From positions 434,001 through 498,000 of the forward strand of contig JADEYG010000012.1 of assembly GCA_016906335.1 (NCBI GenBank): 64,000 nt of DNA, in the 5' to 3' direction. The notes below the pieces were generated by a model. It worked only from the letters and a program-made list of their open reading frames with translations, did no database searches and had not been told where the DNA came from. The position numbers and the translations under genes were made by a program. Below are positions 28,066 through 44,010 of the stretch, one piece after another. The stretch's first letter is position 1. Every line of letters begins with the position of its first letter. Source of the DNA: Novakomyces olei. Taxonomy: Eukaryota.

Positions 28066-28270
28066 TTTGGTTTGGTGCAGGTCTGTATCACCAACGCCAA
28101 TTGACTGACAATTGCACCAGGATTATCAAACACTAAATAGTCATACAATACGTAGTATATATACGTAAGAGACATACACTCTCGCCGCGTTTTATGAAAT
28201 CTACACATTAAAAAAACCGTTTTGCAGCTGAGTATTCGCGATTTGTACGGAAAACACAAAATAATAATAT

Positions 28271-28528
28271 TGTTGAATTAATAAAGTTATTTTGAATTTC
28301 GCATGGTTGATATCAACTATCTGACTTGTCAAAAAGAATGATAAAAGTCCCCCAAAGCTCAGAGGCGCGATAAGGGAATATATATTTTTTTCAACAAATA
28401 AAGGTGTAAATTTAGATGGTAATGACAGAATATACAATTTGGAGAATTCAGTGAGTAATGATGTGAAGACAGAATTATTTCAAAGAAATAATATTAAATA
28501 AAAGCTATATAGAGTCAATTTCTCAACA
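28271..28528 (-). mobile_element. Probable diverged solo LTR (258 bp)
   Basis: TGTTGA..TCAACA ends. Minus strand begins TGTTGAGAAATTGACTCTATAT, has TACTCACT, a TATA followed by a G-run, and ends ATCAACCAT..AAATTC..ATTCAACA, collinear with the 1429-1774 LTR; flanks AATAT/AATAA. Confidence 0.6.
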
Positions 28529-28618
28529 AATAATACTATATAGAATAACATTTGAATTAAACAATAAATACAGTACTCTGTATATATACAATAACAAATA
28601 CAACATAAACCAAGTGCC

Positions 28619-29100
28619 ATGGCGTCGGATCCACGTCGCGCGGACCTTATCGTGCCTTATCGCCCTACAAAGCCAACGGAGGATGGTACTTCTTCTCAGC
28701 AATCGCTCTAGCACTTTGCTAATATCTTACAGAGAAATCTATATTCAGTTCTGCGGGACAGATGATGGCCATGTCCTCCATGGTTCTGCGCAACAAGTAT
28801 GACATTGGTAATTATATGTGCGCTAACGCTGCAGAATTGTGGCCTGGGCTTGTGTATATTTCGCTGTGAGCGCTATCGTGAGCTCCAAATCTAAAAAGAT
28901 CGACTACACGTCTGTCATGTATGATGGCACGGACTATTAAACAGCACTGACAAGGATCTAGATACGCTATCACGGCACTGTTTCCAGCTTACTTGCCTGT
29001 GATTTTCCCACAGCTCGATCCTAATGTTCAAGCGGCTGCCAGAGCTTCTGCTGCCGCTGCAGCGACCGCCTCCAGCTCGTCTGCACCATCAGCGACTTGA
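28619..29100 (+). CDS. PAT complex subunit Asterix (UPF0139/WDR83OS-like); introns 28686-28732, 28797-28834, 28919-28961
   Basis: Spliced MASDPRRADLIVPYRP..MMAMSSMVLRNKIVAWACVYFAVSAI..ITALFPAYLP; all three introns are phase-consistent; not in the ORF track. Confidence 0.88.
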
Positions 29101-29353
29101 CGAAGATTAACCCTCTTTATCTATCGTCTACGTCCTAAAACTGATCAGAGTAGGGTTAATCAGGGTTATTAACCCTGACATTAATTAAGTCGTTTACATA
29201 AAAAGTGTATATTGAGTATTTTCAATCTAGATGTGTACCCCGTTTCATGCTGATGTACCTCGTTTCATGCTATCGTTTCATGCTAATGCTACAACCTTCC
29301 ATTGTCTAGTCATCACTCCAACTCTAAATAAACCCTAACCACATCAAACATCC

Positions 29354-32300
29354 TTATCGCGGTGATCGCGACTCCTGCTCCAGTCTTCTCCGTTCCCGCA
29401 TTTTAGCCAACAAATTTGCAGAAGAAGCCCCTGCACTCGGCAGCTGTTGACGGCCGCCTGACCGGCCCGTCCAAGTTGGAGTCCCTACCTGAGCTCTACG
29501 TACCATACGAGCACTTTCACGTACTGCCTGCTGAGCCTGTTGAGCAACTCGCTCAGCTTCCCTCTCAACTAGTAACCTTTCAGGCCTGTCTGCATCCATA
29601 ATTGCATCATGCTGAACGGTAGAGTGAACACCAGAGCTGGCAAAAATACTGTCCAGCACATCTTCTTCTCCTTTACTCGATTCTCCAGCCTTTCGTGACT
29701 CACTGGGCCCGTCTTCATCGGCAGGGGTGGGCACTGGTGGACCACTGCTATTGTTCCTATAGCTTTCCAGTCCAGCAAACCCTTCGACTTTTCTCAATTC
29801 TGCTTCAGCTCGTTCTTTGCCTTTCTGCTTGCGATGGGCAAGAGACTCGGATGGCTTGGCCTCTGAATCTGCCGTCGAATTCAAATGGTTGTTGCTGTTT
29901 TTGCCGTCGTCATTGACTGGCTGATAAGTTCTTTCCAGTCCCAAAAACATATCGCCCGTCTCTGTCCCGACTGCCGGTCTGCTACCATTTCCGTCTTCAC
30001 TGGCATTCCCATTTCCATTCGCCCCGGGATCATTTGCAAGGGAAAACAGATCGTGCAAGTCGCTAGACTTGAAGAACCGTCGCTGCCTTGGGTCTTTGAG
30101 GATTTTATTGGTTAAAAATTGTTTAAATATCTGCCGATGGTATATTTTTTCCTCGATTGTTCCCGAGGTCATGAGCCGTAGAATAGTTACCGGCCGACGC
30201 TGGCCTAAACGCCAAGCACGTTCACGTGCTTGGACATCCGTGGAAGGGTTCCAGTCCGGATCAAAAATGATGACACGATCCGCTCCGGTTAGATTTACGC
30301 CTAATCCGCCGACACGAGTCGTCAGTAGGAAAACAGCAATGTCCTCGTCCCTGTTGAACCGGTCAACTAGACCCTGACGGGCTCCAATGACCGTTGATCC
30401 GTCCATACGCAGGTATGAATGGCCCAAACTTCGTATAAATTTCTCCAAGATATTTAGCATTTGCCGAGTTTGACAGAAAAGCAGAGTACGATGCTTCTGA
30501 CGGGTCCACAGGTCCAGCAGTGCTTTGACTACCCTCATCTTGCCAGATTTTTCCGGGTCTCCGTACCAGGGATCAGATTCCCGAAGCAAAACGTCCCTAT
30601 ACACAATGTCTGGGTGATTACAAATCTTTCGTAAAATGTCTACGCCAAAAAGCACTTGCCTCCGTCCGGCAAAAATGCTCTCCATCTCTTGACTGTTGAG
30701 AAATTCCCTGTAAGCCTTACGCTGCTGCTCAGTCAATTTGCAGAAAAGAACCAGTTCACGCTTCTTTGGCAAATCTGCCGCCACATCAGCCTTCATCCGG
30801 CGGAGCAAATAGGGCGAAATAAGGTCGCGCAGTACACAAGCAGTCTTGTAAGCAGACTGTACTTGCACATTACTAGCATTTGCGTACCCGCCAATTTTTA
30901 TAGGCAGAGCAAATTGGCTTTGAAAGATGGGCAAAGTCCCCAGTCGACCGGGAAAACAGAAATCAAAGAGCGACCAGAGCTCCGTCAGATTGTTTTGTAT
31001 CGGCGTGCCGGAAAGAGCGATACGGTTGACCGTCTTTAGCTGCTTGCAAATCAGAGTTATCTCTGCGTCAGGGTTACGTATTTTATGTCCTTCATCGAGA
31101 ACAGCGTACTCCCAATTTACGGGGAGCAGATCTTCGCGGTAGATCCGCATCCCAGCATAAGTTGTTATAAGCACATGGCCGCCACGAACGACTCTGTCTA
31201 CTACACGCTGCACTCGAGGATTATGGCCCTGAAGTCTCAGTGCTCTTTGCAACTGCTTGCCCCGCGAATCTAGCTCCTTTGCATCTTGCTCTTCCTCCTC
31301 TACGTACCTCTCTAAATCCTGTTCATTTGCTACCATTCCACTCCCACTAGAGTGCAATATTACGACTCGAAAAGGCGGCCACCAGCGATGAAACTCGTTG
31401 GCCCACTGCTTCATTACTGTTGCCGGACATACAACGAGTATGGGCTTTCGCAGCTTTTGGGAATGGTGCAATCCCGCAAGGAAAGAGATTACCTGTACAG
31501 TTTTGCCCAGGCCCATCTCGTCTCCAATAATGCCTCCCGCGCCCTGGCAGAAAAGCTCCCAAAGCCACTGCACGCAAGTTTTCTGGTAGTCGAAAAGACT
31601 AGGGAAAATGTCCCCGGGAATCCTAAGCCCTCCATCAAACACTTGATCTGCAAACTGAGGATGAGGCTGGAAGGGTTCCTCGTTGATCGCCGACTCCTGG
31701 TCTGATAAACCACCGTCATCGGCCTCCTCAGATTTATGGGCCTGAGCCTGTGCTCTTGCGCGCCTTCTGTTTACTGCCCACCGACCGAACCTTAACTGGT
31801 AGTTTGATTCAATTCCATCATCTACGGATTCCAGAGCTCCGTCTGCTTCTTCTTCCAACACTTCTTGTTCCTCTTCTTGATCTATATACGACTCGTCAGA
31901 CTCTGTATTTCTGCTATCCTCATCAGCAGCATCTGCTGCTGCCGGGTGGGAAGGCTGGTCTGGGCTTCTGCCTTGAACCCTGTCCTCTATTCCCTTGCGA
32001 GCATCTGCTTCAAGATTACGATTACTAGCCTCCCCTTCAGACGGATCAAGTACCCGCTTCTTCCGACCACGTTTAACGAGCCTTGGAGCAGGAGCAAACC
32101 CGGGTTCGCGGAGCGTCTTGTGAGACAAACTTGCAGTTGAAGGCTCGGAAACTTCCGACACTGCTTCCGTATCCTGCCGAGTCCGTGAGAGACCCGTCAT
32201 TGCACTGAAAGGCGTGATTTTTCCCGTACGAATGAGATAGTCACGGTGTGCTTCACCGGGCAAAGGCTGATTCTTGTTTGACTCTGCTATTTCGCCCGTA

Positions 32301-32737
32301 CCCTCGAGGCCCACATCTTCAAGTCCACCAGCTCGCTTGCCTTCCTCGCTTCTCCTCTGTATCCGTTCCTCGATCTCACAAACATCCTGCCGTGAATTGG
32401 CAGCTTTTGCCTTCAAGTCTTGCAGAGTTCTGCGTATGCCTGCTCGTGCACTTATACGGGCCCTTTCCAGCTGCGCTTCCAATTGGCGTATTCGAGCCTC
32501 GGCCTGTCCAAGTTCCGACAGTGCCTTCTCACGACGACGCTCATCCAGCTCGTCTTCATGCTTGGCAAGCGCCCTCGCTGCTTCGGCAGTCACATCTCGC
32601 TCCAGTGCGTCCTGAGGGACAGCGTTAACTGCCAACTGAGGATCAAGCGACAAATCGTCATCCAGCACCGGTGCAGTTTCGTCTCCTGCGCCAGAAGCAG
32701 ACGCCGAGTCAGGCGTCTGATTGCGCTCTGAGGTCAT
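29354..32737 (-). CDS. RAD26: Rad26/Rhp26 (CSB/ERCC6) SNF2-family transcription-coupled repair ATPase
   Basis: RDYLIRTGKITPF, GDEMGLGKT, LDEGHKIRN, QARERAWRLGQ, GTPTWTG. Confidence 0.96.
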   Translation of the reverse strand: MTSERNQTPDSASASGAGDETAPVLDDDLSLDPQLAVNAVPQDALERDVTAEAARALAKHEDELDERRREKALSELGQAEARIRQLEAQLERARISARAGIRRTLQDLKAKAANSRQDVCEIEERIQRRSEEGKRAGGLEDVGLEGTGEIAESNKNQPLPGEAHRDYLIRTGKITPFSAMTGLSRTRQDTEAVSEVSEPSTASLSHKTLREPGFAPAPRLVKRGRKKRVLDPSEGEASNRNLEADARKGIEDRVQGRSPDQPSHPAAADAADEDSRNTESDESYIDQEEEQEVLEEEADGALESVDDGIESNYQLRFGRWAVNRRRARAQAQAHKSEEADDGGLSDQESAINEEPFQPHPQFADQVFDGGLRIPGDIFPSLFDYQKTCVQWLWELFCQGAGGIIGDEMGLGKTVQVISFLAGLHHSQKLRKPILVVCPATVMKQWANEFHRWWPPFRVVILHSSGSGMVANEQDLERYVEEEEQDAKELDSRGKQLQRALRLQGHNPRVQRVVDRVVRGGHVLITTYAGMRIYREDLLPVNWEYAVLDEGHKIRNPDAEITLICKQLKTVNRIALSGTPIQNNLTELWSLFDFCFPGRLGTLPIFQSQFALPIKIGGYANASNVQVQSAYKTACVLRDLISPYLLRRMKADVAADLPKKRELVLFCKLTEQQRKAYREFLNSQEMESIFAGRRQVLFGVDILRKICNHPDIVYRDVLLRESDPWYGDPEKSGKMRVVKALLDLWTRQKHRTLLFCQTRQMLNILEKFIRSLGHSYLRMDGSTVIGARQGLVDRFNRDEDIAVFLLTTRVGGLGVNLTGADRVIIFDPDWNPSTDVQARERAWRLGQRRPVTILRLMTSGTIEEKIYHRQIFKQFLTNKILKDPRQRRFFKSSDLHDLFSLANDPGANGNGNASEDGNGSRPAVGTETGDMFLGLERTYQPVNDDGKNSNNHLNSTADSEAKPSESLAHRKQKGKERAEAELRKVEGFAGLESYRNNSSGPPVPTPADEDGPSESRKAGESSKGEEDVLDSIFASSGVHSTVQHDAIMDADRPERLLVEREAERVAQQAQQAVRESARMVRRAQVGTPTWTGRSGGRQQLPSAGASSANLLAKMRERRRLEQESRSPR

Positions 32738-33930
32738 GCGCTCTGTTCTGCCTCGTTTATGTCATGAAAATTAGTCTACCATCCATATCGATGCACCATC
32801 TCGTCGGGATCTAATTATTTCTTTATCAATTAATCAATTTTTGAGCGAATCTTGGCCATTATCTGACGAGTTAATTACATTGTCCATATATTAATTCGCT
32901 AATTTTATTCAATATTATATTCAATATTCCTAAATATAGTGGAAAATGGATTATTATACAACAGCAGTTTGTCCGCTTCGTGTATATCGATCGGTATTAT
33001 AATTTATATATTCTACAGATTAAATTAGATATCTGTTCTACAGTTTTATACAGTCTTGAAAATCATACCAATTATACTCAATATCTAGTTTATTTCATTT
33101 TATTTCATAATAATAATTTACAACAATTATAACAATTTATAACAATTACAACAATTATACAATTTATAATAATATATTCGCTGCTCTACTACGCAAGCCT
33201 ACAAGTGCACACTACTTTTCTCAGGAAACTGACGCGTTTTACAGGCGAAACGGCCGCTTCGCATTTCGGAAGCACTGCTGCCAAGCGCGGTAGCTTTTGC
33301 TTGACGCTTCCGCAAGCAAATTGGTTACTTGCCCGTGTCCCAAACGCCCTGAAAGCAGCCACTTTTCTGGACGGTTTCAAGTGCGACCTACTCCACACGC
33401 CCGCTAAAGTGCGAAAGACTCAGTGCGAGATTGGTAGGGGTTTGACCTCAAAGCCTTACACTCCGCCTTTTTCTCTTCTTATCGTTTTGCTTCGATTTGG
33501 GCTGCGTTCAGAGACTCAGATTTCTTGGCCAAGAATCATTCATTGGCCATAAGGCTCGTGCTGATCGGGTGAAGGGCTGTTGAGCCGCACAAATATAATA
33601 CAATAAAGAGCAATCGGGATACACTTGAAGGCTTTGTCTCACGGCCGTTGCAATCTTGAAATAACCGCTCAATTCTGCTCTTTCACAAGCTCATGCGTAC
33701 GGCTGCGTGACAAGTGCTGCCTCCCGTCTCTGCCTCCATTTACGCTTCAAAGTATATACGCTTTAGCACTTGGCTGGTGTTGCAGCTGCAGAAATTTGCT
33801 TAAATTGCCGACGTGCTACGTGCTGGATCTGTTTATAGTCCACAATCAAAGCCAGCAACCCGTTTTCTCTGTGACTTATTCTACTGGCAACTGAAAAGCA
33901 CTGCCAAATCTTCATCAATCTCATTAAGCA

Positions 33931-37396
<3,466 letters not shown>

Positions 37397-37831
37397 CTTA
37401 ATCAGGGGCTTGCAATGCCAAGTGTCTTTCCGGGTTCTGGCTTCTTGTTTTCTATGGTTGTTTTCGATGCAAATTTTATACATTTTCACTTCTCGAGTGT
37501 GGTTGCAATAGATGGTTTTCTTCTCTGGTTTACATTTCATTTGGTTTCTTGTCCCTCTGTCTTTATCCTTAAACAATCCTGTTCAGGTGTCTGTCGTCAA
37601 GTCGGTTGAAAACGGCAAACCGTTTTGCTATACTTTGTGGTTTTATATTGTTTTTACGTAAATTTGAACCTTTTGTAGTAATTTAATACGTGAGCGTCGC
37701 GACGTTTGTCACCATTGACACGGAGACTGAGAATAATTCGTCTCTCCAGTCGTCGAGGAAGATATCAAAAGAACAAATAATTATTTATAAACAATAAGAA
37801 ATGAATTTAAATAAATAAACATTTAATGATT

Positions 37832-38040
37832 AATTAATAACAATTAATAACAATTAATAACAATTAATAACAATTAATAACAATTAATAACAATTAATAA
37901 CAATTAATAACAATTAATAACAATTAATAACAATTAATAACAATTAATAACAATTAATAACAATTAATAACAATTAATAACAATTAATAACAATTAATAA
38001 CAATTAATAACAATTAATAACATTTAATAACAATTAATTA
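37832..38040. repeat. 10-bp minisatellite (CAATTAATAA)~20
   Basis: Near-perfect tandem array between the YAK1 and GPM1 3' ends. Confidence 0.97.
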
Positions 38041-38251
38041 ATAAACGGCGCACCTGCCCTATAATAATCCTAGTCAGCACATTTACAGGGCACACTCTAC
38101 AACGATAATCTCATACTATGCACATTGCAGCAGCAACCATAAAAGTTCAATCGCACTGCAGCAGAGTACTGCATACTGCGAAAAATATTACTGTAAATTA
38201 AAAGCAAAACAGCCCGCTCAGTGGTCTGTTCCGGCGAGTCCAATTCTTAAT

Positions 38252-38872
38252 CTATTTCAAGAGCTCCGACTTTATAACATTCAAGTCATCGTCCAGCTCA
38301 TAGTAGATAGGCACACCCGTAGCGAGCTCCCGCTTGACAATCTCCTCGCCCGTAAGGTGCTCGAGCGACATTATAAGAGAGCGCATAGAGTTGCCGTGAG
38401 CGACAACGAGAACCTTCTCGTCCTTGAGCAGCAGAGGCTTGATGTGGGACTCGTAGTAAGGCAAAACTCGCTTGGCGGTGAGCTCCAATGACTCTCCGCC
38501 GGGCGGAGGAACGTCGTAGCTTCGGCGCCAGATATGCACTTGTTCATCTCCAAAGCGTTTACGAGCTTCGTCCTTGTTGAGACCAGTAAGATCACCGTAA
38601 TCACGCTCATTCAAGGCTTTGTCCTTGATCGTCTCGAGGTCCGGTTGGCCAATGCCTTTGAGAATAATCTCAGCAGTAGTCTGAGCGCGCTGGAGGGCAC
38701 TAGTGAAGCAGATATCAAACTTGAAGCCTCTTTCACGCAGTCTTTCTGCGCCTTTAGCCGCCTCCTCGCGTCCGAGCTCAGTCAGCGCTGGATCTTTCCA
38801 GCCAGTGAAAAGGTTCAGTTTGTTCCATTCTGACTCGCCGTGGCGGACGAGCACAAGTGTCTTTGGAGCCAT
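38252..38872 (-). CDS. GPM1: 2,3-BPG-dependent phosphoglycerate mutase, short 206-aa form
   Basis: [36 protein letters not shown]. Confidence 0.96.
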   Translation of the reverse strand: MAPKTLVLVRHGESEWNKLNLFTGWKDPALTELGREEAAKGAERLRERGFKFDICFTSALQRAQTTAEIILKGIGQPDLETIKDKALNERDYGDLTGLNKDEARKRFGDEQVHIWRRSYDVPPPGGESLELTAKRVLPYYESHIKPLLLKDEKVLVVAHGNSMRSLIMSLEHLTGEEIVKRELATGVPIYYELDDDLNVIKSELLK

Positions 38873-39109
38873 TGTCCTGATTGCAGAGATACAGTGTTCC
38901 GTTTGCTGCCTGTGAAAATTGTGTGACTATCGTCACAGCTGGAAAGGATAGCGGTTTAGTACTTTTTGTATAGAATACGTACATTGGATTTTCATCGTGT
39001 AGCGTTACTTGTCTCCCGTGTTACTTGTCTCCTGTGCTACTCCATTTCACAGCGTATTTCCCGCTCTATATTTAAATAATCTATATGGATTTTTTTTTTC
39101 AATTTTAAT

Positions 39110-39275
39110 ATTTTGAACATTTTATTTTTAACAATTTAATATTTTAACAATTTAACATTTTTAACAATTTAATATTCTAATATTTTGATATTTCAATATT
39201 TCTAACAGTTTAATATTTCTAACAGTTTAATATTTCTAACAGTTTAATATTTCTAACATTTTAATATTTTATACT
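39110..39275. repeat. Degenerate AT-rich ~17-bp repeat (AACAGTTTAATATTTCT)
   Basis: Three perfect copies plus degenerate flanking copies. Confidence 0.75.
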
Positions 39276-39527
39276 TTTTATACCATTTTTTTCCTTGTTT
39301 TTGCTGTGTCCTTGCATTTTTTAATTTTTCAAAATTTACTTTTATACTCGTTGCACTTTTCTATATTTCAATATTATGCTTATCCAACTTCTACTTTCTA
39401 GTCGTCGATCTCCAATTCTACATTTTACCCTTATTGGGCCACGCGTATAGTGCTACTAGTTTATTTCCATTTCTTGTTTCCAGCGTCCAAGTCACCCATT
39501 CCCTGGGTGAAGGCTTGCTCGCCCAGT

Positions 39528-42500
39528 TCAGGCCCGTACAGGCCAGCCTAGATTGCTCCGGAAATCATTACGCCTCCCACCGGATCCTCGAGCATGTGCT
39601 CCGCCAGCACGGGGCAGCATTGTCCTGTTCCCGTCTTTACGGCCGGCCATACTGCCGCCAGTATTGCCCGTGCCAGATGCGTTTGTGTTACCAGCGCCAG
39701 AATTGCTGCCGGCCAGGCCGCCTGGCATATTCTGCCGGGCTTCAAGCTGCTTTTCATTGCCCTCAATGAACTGAGGCGTTTTCTCTGCCAATTGCACAGC
39801 CAAACTATGGAGCCGGGAGACCTCGAGTCTCTGGAACACTATGCAGTCGTGTACTTGATCAAGTGCGGCACTTATTTCGTCCGTAGCAATCATTTTACTG
39901 CACAGTGCAATCACTTTCTTTGTGGGCAGTTCGTACAGGTCAGACAAGAATTTGAGAGAGATTGTATCGTAGTGAGCGGCAAAAGTGAACAGGTACGTAC
40001 GCAGTCCGGCTTCCTGGATTAGGGTGCCAAGTGTCTCCTTGATAGCCTCCCGCTTGGGCAGCAAGTCCCATATTGTAATGGCGTTGATGTAGTCACGGCA
40101 CTTTTGCCATTCGCCCCGGGAAAGGCATTTGGCCGCCTCCATTACATGGTCCCGCATTGTCTCTGGAGGACCGTGGAAAATTTGCCGCTCGTTCTGGTCG
40201 AGCAGTCGGCGAAACATACGGCTAATTGCTCTGCGCTGTTTACCGTCCTGCTGAGGGGAGAAAGCGTTTGAGGCAGCCAGAGCTGGTATTTCGAGCAGCA
40301 TAGAGGCAGTCAAGTAAGTGGCCTCGATCAGTTCCAAGTTGATGTGCATGTGGAAAGGCAGTTGACGCTGTTTCTCAAACCGCTCTTGTTCCGGAGAGAT
40401 ACTCGAGTACCTCTGCGGTTGGACGCCTTGTGCCAATAGCTCTCGCAGCCTTCCAGTGCTGCTTATATCCTGCAGAGCTGATTGAGCAGCTGCAATCATT
40501 CCACAGCGGAAGGCACACAGCCCAATCTGCACCATTGTCCTGTTGTACAAGATCTGAGTGGCCACGTCCGTCTGGGCAATCGTATCCTGAATATGCGACA
40601 TCAGCAACATGTCCCTGGCCCTGTGGAAATTGTCGAGCAGAGCAAAATGGTAGATCTCTGCCAGCATTGCACGCGTACGCAACATCCCTCCAGCATTTTG
40701 GAAAATATAGGCCGCCAGCATCTGAATCACATCGATTGAATCCGCATCCCGGCGCGGAGTGATGGCCGAGTTGACCGAGGCCGGGATGGAATCCCATGCT
40801 CTGGATTCGAAAACCCTAACCACAGATTCGGGTTTGTAGTACAGGTGCTCTATACGGCGGAGCAGGCAGCGTGACAACGAGTCGGAGGCGGATAGGAACT
40901 TTGTCTGCCGCTCTTTTTGCAATCGCTCTACCCGCTCAAAGTAGGATTGACCACGTACAATCAAATCGTAGAGATCGATCTCCAGTTTGAGACGGTCAAT
41001 GTACTCGGTTGAGTGTGGGTCTGTTGTTTGCAAGAATCTAGTGAGTTCGTCGTCCAGTCGTTCCACAAACGAGATAATGCTCCCACGTACTTTGATTACG
41101 TCAGTGGCAAACGTGGCTGATGCTTCGGGATTGTAGTTGTCATCGTCCTCAACGTCACCGCCCTCACCATTTGCAACATCATCAGAGTCCTCTACAACGA
41201 TATAGCGCTCATCTTTTTCGTTTATTTCAAGTATTTTGATTATGTCCGACCGCGCCGCTGTCCACTGATCCTGTGGAACAAGAGACTGTACCCCAGACGC
41301 CGTATCAAAACGGGCAGACACAAGGGAAACAAGGACTCGCAATTTTTGGTAAGGAGTTGCTGCTACTTCCAACAGCTTCTCCAGTACTCGCACCTGCTCT
41401 AGTCGATCCGTATTCTTCTTGCCACGCGCCTCGCGGATGGCTTTAAGCGCTTTGAAGATATCGTCCGTGCTAAATTTTTCTACTTTGCCACCTTTGCCTA
41501 TTGTTTCAAAGCCCTCAGTGTCCTGTGCTCCAGGAGCAACAACGCCTCTTGTCGGCTTTCCATCAACCAAGATCTCTTCCTGGCCCGCTTTTAGGTTAGC
41601 TGTAGTTTCTTCAAAAGTGGAAGCTGCTCCTGCTGCCGACCGAGCAGCTGCGCTTTCGCCCGTAGCAGTAGAAGGAGCTTCTTCCTCCAAGGACGGGTTT
41701 GCTCGCCAGGCGGCTATTTGCGTTTCAAACTGGCGATTGTTCTTGCGAACTTTTTGCTTTAGTGAATTGAAGGCACGTGCATTTGTAGCATTCATCTTCT
41801 TTTTCGTGTCCTTGGGCTGTGTCTCGCCGATAACATCCTCTAAATTGGCAATCGACATAAAGTAGACTTTAGGGTAGCCGATCGTGTTGCTCAGTTTCTG
41901 GCATTGCTTGTTGAGTTTATCGAATTCTGTTTTGTTAGGTCCGCACATAAAACACTGCCAACGTTATAAAGTTCAACTGGGAGCAGTATGGGGGGGGAAG
42001 GAAAAGGCTAGAGAGCGGGTGAAGAATTTATGAGCAAAGGCAGAGAGGGCAGAAACAAAGGCAAATTGTAAAGTTCTTTTTTGTTTATTTTATTTTTTTT
42101 AATTTTTTTTTCAAAAACAAAGATGCATCATACCGTTTGAAATTGTAACCCAATCGCCGATCTTTTGTGCATTTTCAATGACTCGCACGGACGATTCCAC
42201 GTCTTCAATACGTTTATCCTTTGCCGACTTAACTACGCGTTTCGTGTCTTCTTCCTCAGACTCGTCGCTCGATGCACCAGCCAAAAACTGGCTTGCCCCA
42301 CGTCTCTTGAAGCGCGCAGCACCGGTTTCGCCAGCTTCAGATCCCGACGATTCTGAACCCGCGTCAGAGGATAAATCGCTCTCTTCAGAAGACGCGTCCG
42401 ATTCCGAGTCGCCCGACTCGGACTCAGAGTCGCTCGCATCGGAAGAGGCAGCATCCGAAAGCTGCGAGGCAGACGAGTCTGACAGCTCGCTCGAATCGCT

Positions 42501-42536
42501 GTCGCTGTCGCTTCCAGCCGCAAAGAATCGAGACAT
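39528..42536 (-). CDS. NIP1: Translation initiation factor eIF3 subunit c; intron 41927-42133
   Basis: MSRFF plus acidic Ser-rich N-terminus, RVVKSAKDKR, LPFHMHINLEL, PCI domain. Confidence 0.96.
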
Positions 42537-43163
42537 TGCGGTCCTGTAAGGCAACGAAATTTTTTATTACCAGTCTTCAATATGGAAAATGTTATAGTAT
42601 AGACGAAATAATACGAAAATAATAAGAATAGTACTAAAATAATCGAGAATAATACACGAAGGGATTGTATGGCAATCTACAAGAAATATAGGCAACCTTG
42701 GCTGGTAATAATAGGTATTTATACAAAAATTATACTATATAATACTCAAAAGTATATGGATTGCTAATATTTCAAGCTGCGAAGGATATATATATTTATA
42801 TATATATATATACATAGAGAGAGAGCAAAGGATGAGCGTACGTAGCTGTTTTATTTATGGATAATGGGCAAAAGGGTATTGCACCCTTCAGATTGTTAGC
42901 CTCAAACCTCCATATCAGACTCTACACGTTTCTACACGCTCCCCAATTGGTGACTAGTCAGTGTAGCGTATATTTCAAAGCTTCCACGATTTAATCAGTC
43001 GGCGAGCGTTTTGGCTCCCGACGTTCATCCTCATCATTCGTAAATTGCACGGTCCTATATCAACTCAACACTAAACTGAGAAAAGCATTAAGCCTGAGCC
43101 ATTACAGCTATTGTACGAATGGTGCAACAGAACCATTGCCCGCCAGCCATTATCCCGCCTGCA

Positions 43164-44010
43164 CTAAAATGAAACTATTTTGGCCACCTTTACATGCCGC
43201 CTCTCTTGGGGATCTTTCCGAGATTGCCGTGTAAGTGTATGGTACGCGTCCTCATCTGCGCCTGTCATGCCCACTGTCGCTGCAGCCATTTGCAGCCGCT
43301 CGCAGTCTCGAGCGAGATGATCACGGGCCCCACACACTTTACACTCGCCTCCACGAGGAAATTTGCCTTTATCATTTTCTGTAATTAGCCACCGTCGCAT
43401 TGAAACTGTACGACATCCCAAGGTGTAATTTGAATAATTTTTCAAATTAAAAAGAAAATAGTGATAATTTGGAATCATACCAGGACAAACAGATGTGAGA
43501 TGGCCTTGTTTTTTGCAAATAAAGCATTGTGCATATTCCAGTGTTTCCCTTCCTTTACTATCACGCCGAGGTCTCCGAGCACAAGCTTTTAATGTATGTT
43601 CAAGGCTTCCGCAACGGTAGCAAATTGCAGCTACGTACAAGTTAGACACCGAGTTCATTTAAATTGAAAAAATAAATAAAATAAAATAAAGTGCGCTTAC
43701 TTTTGCTGCCGCCAGTAGGGCAGTCTGCCACTTTATGTCCACTGCTACGGCAATTAAAGCAGAACACGTTCGCCTGACGTTCCCTTGAGCGTCGCTCACG
43801 TCGTGCAATAGATCTCCGTTTACTCGAAATTTCGTCTGGGCCGCTGCTGTACTCTTTGCTCTCGCCTAACCCAGGTCGCTTTTTTTGCTGCACTGCCAGC
43901 TCAGTTTTTTCTGTGTCTTGCGCACGTGCACGGGATGTCTCTAAAGGCTGAGATCTGAAAGGCGCCGCTTCTTCGTGGGTCTTGCGGCCCAATTTTGTCA
44001 CACGAGTCAT
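43164..44010 (-). CDS. Four-CCHC zinc-knuckle protein (ZCCHC9-like); introns 43631-43700 and 43379-43480
   Basis: MTRVTKLGRK; CFNC..GH..C, CYRC..H..C, CFIC..GH..CPEN..FPRGGECKVCG..H..C. Confidence 0.88.

Noticed and set aside
37832..38040. Tandem array as a possible CRISPR
   Set aside because: No spacers, 10-bp unit, eukaryotic context, no cas genes
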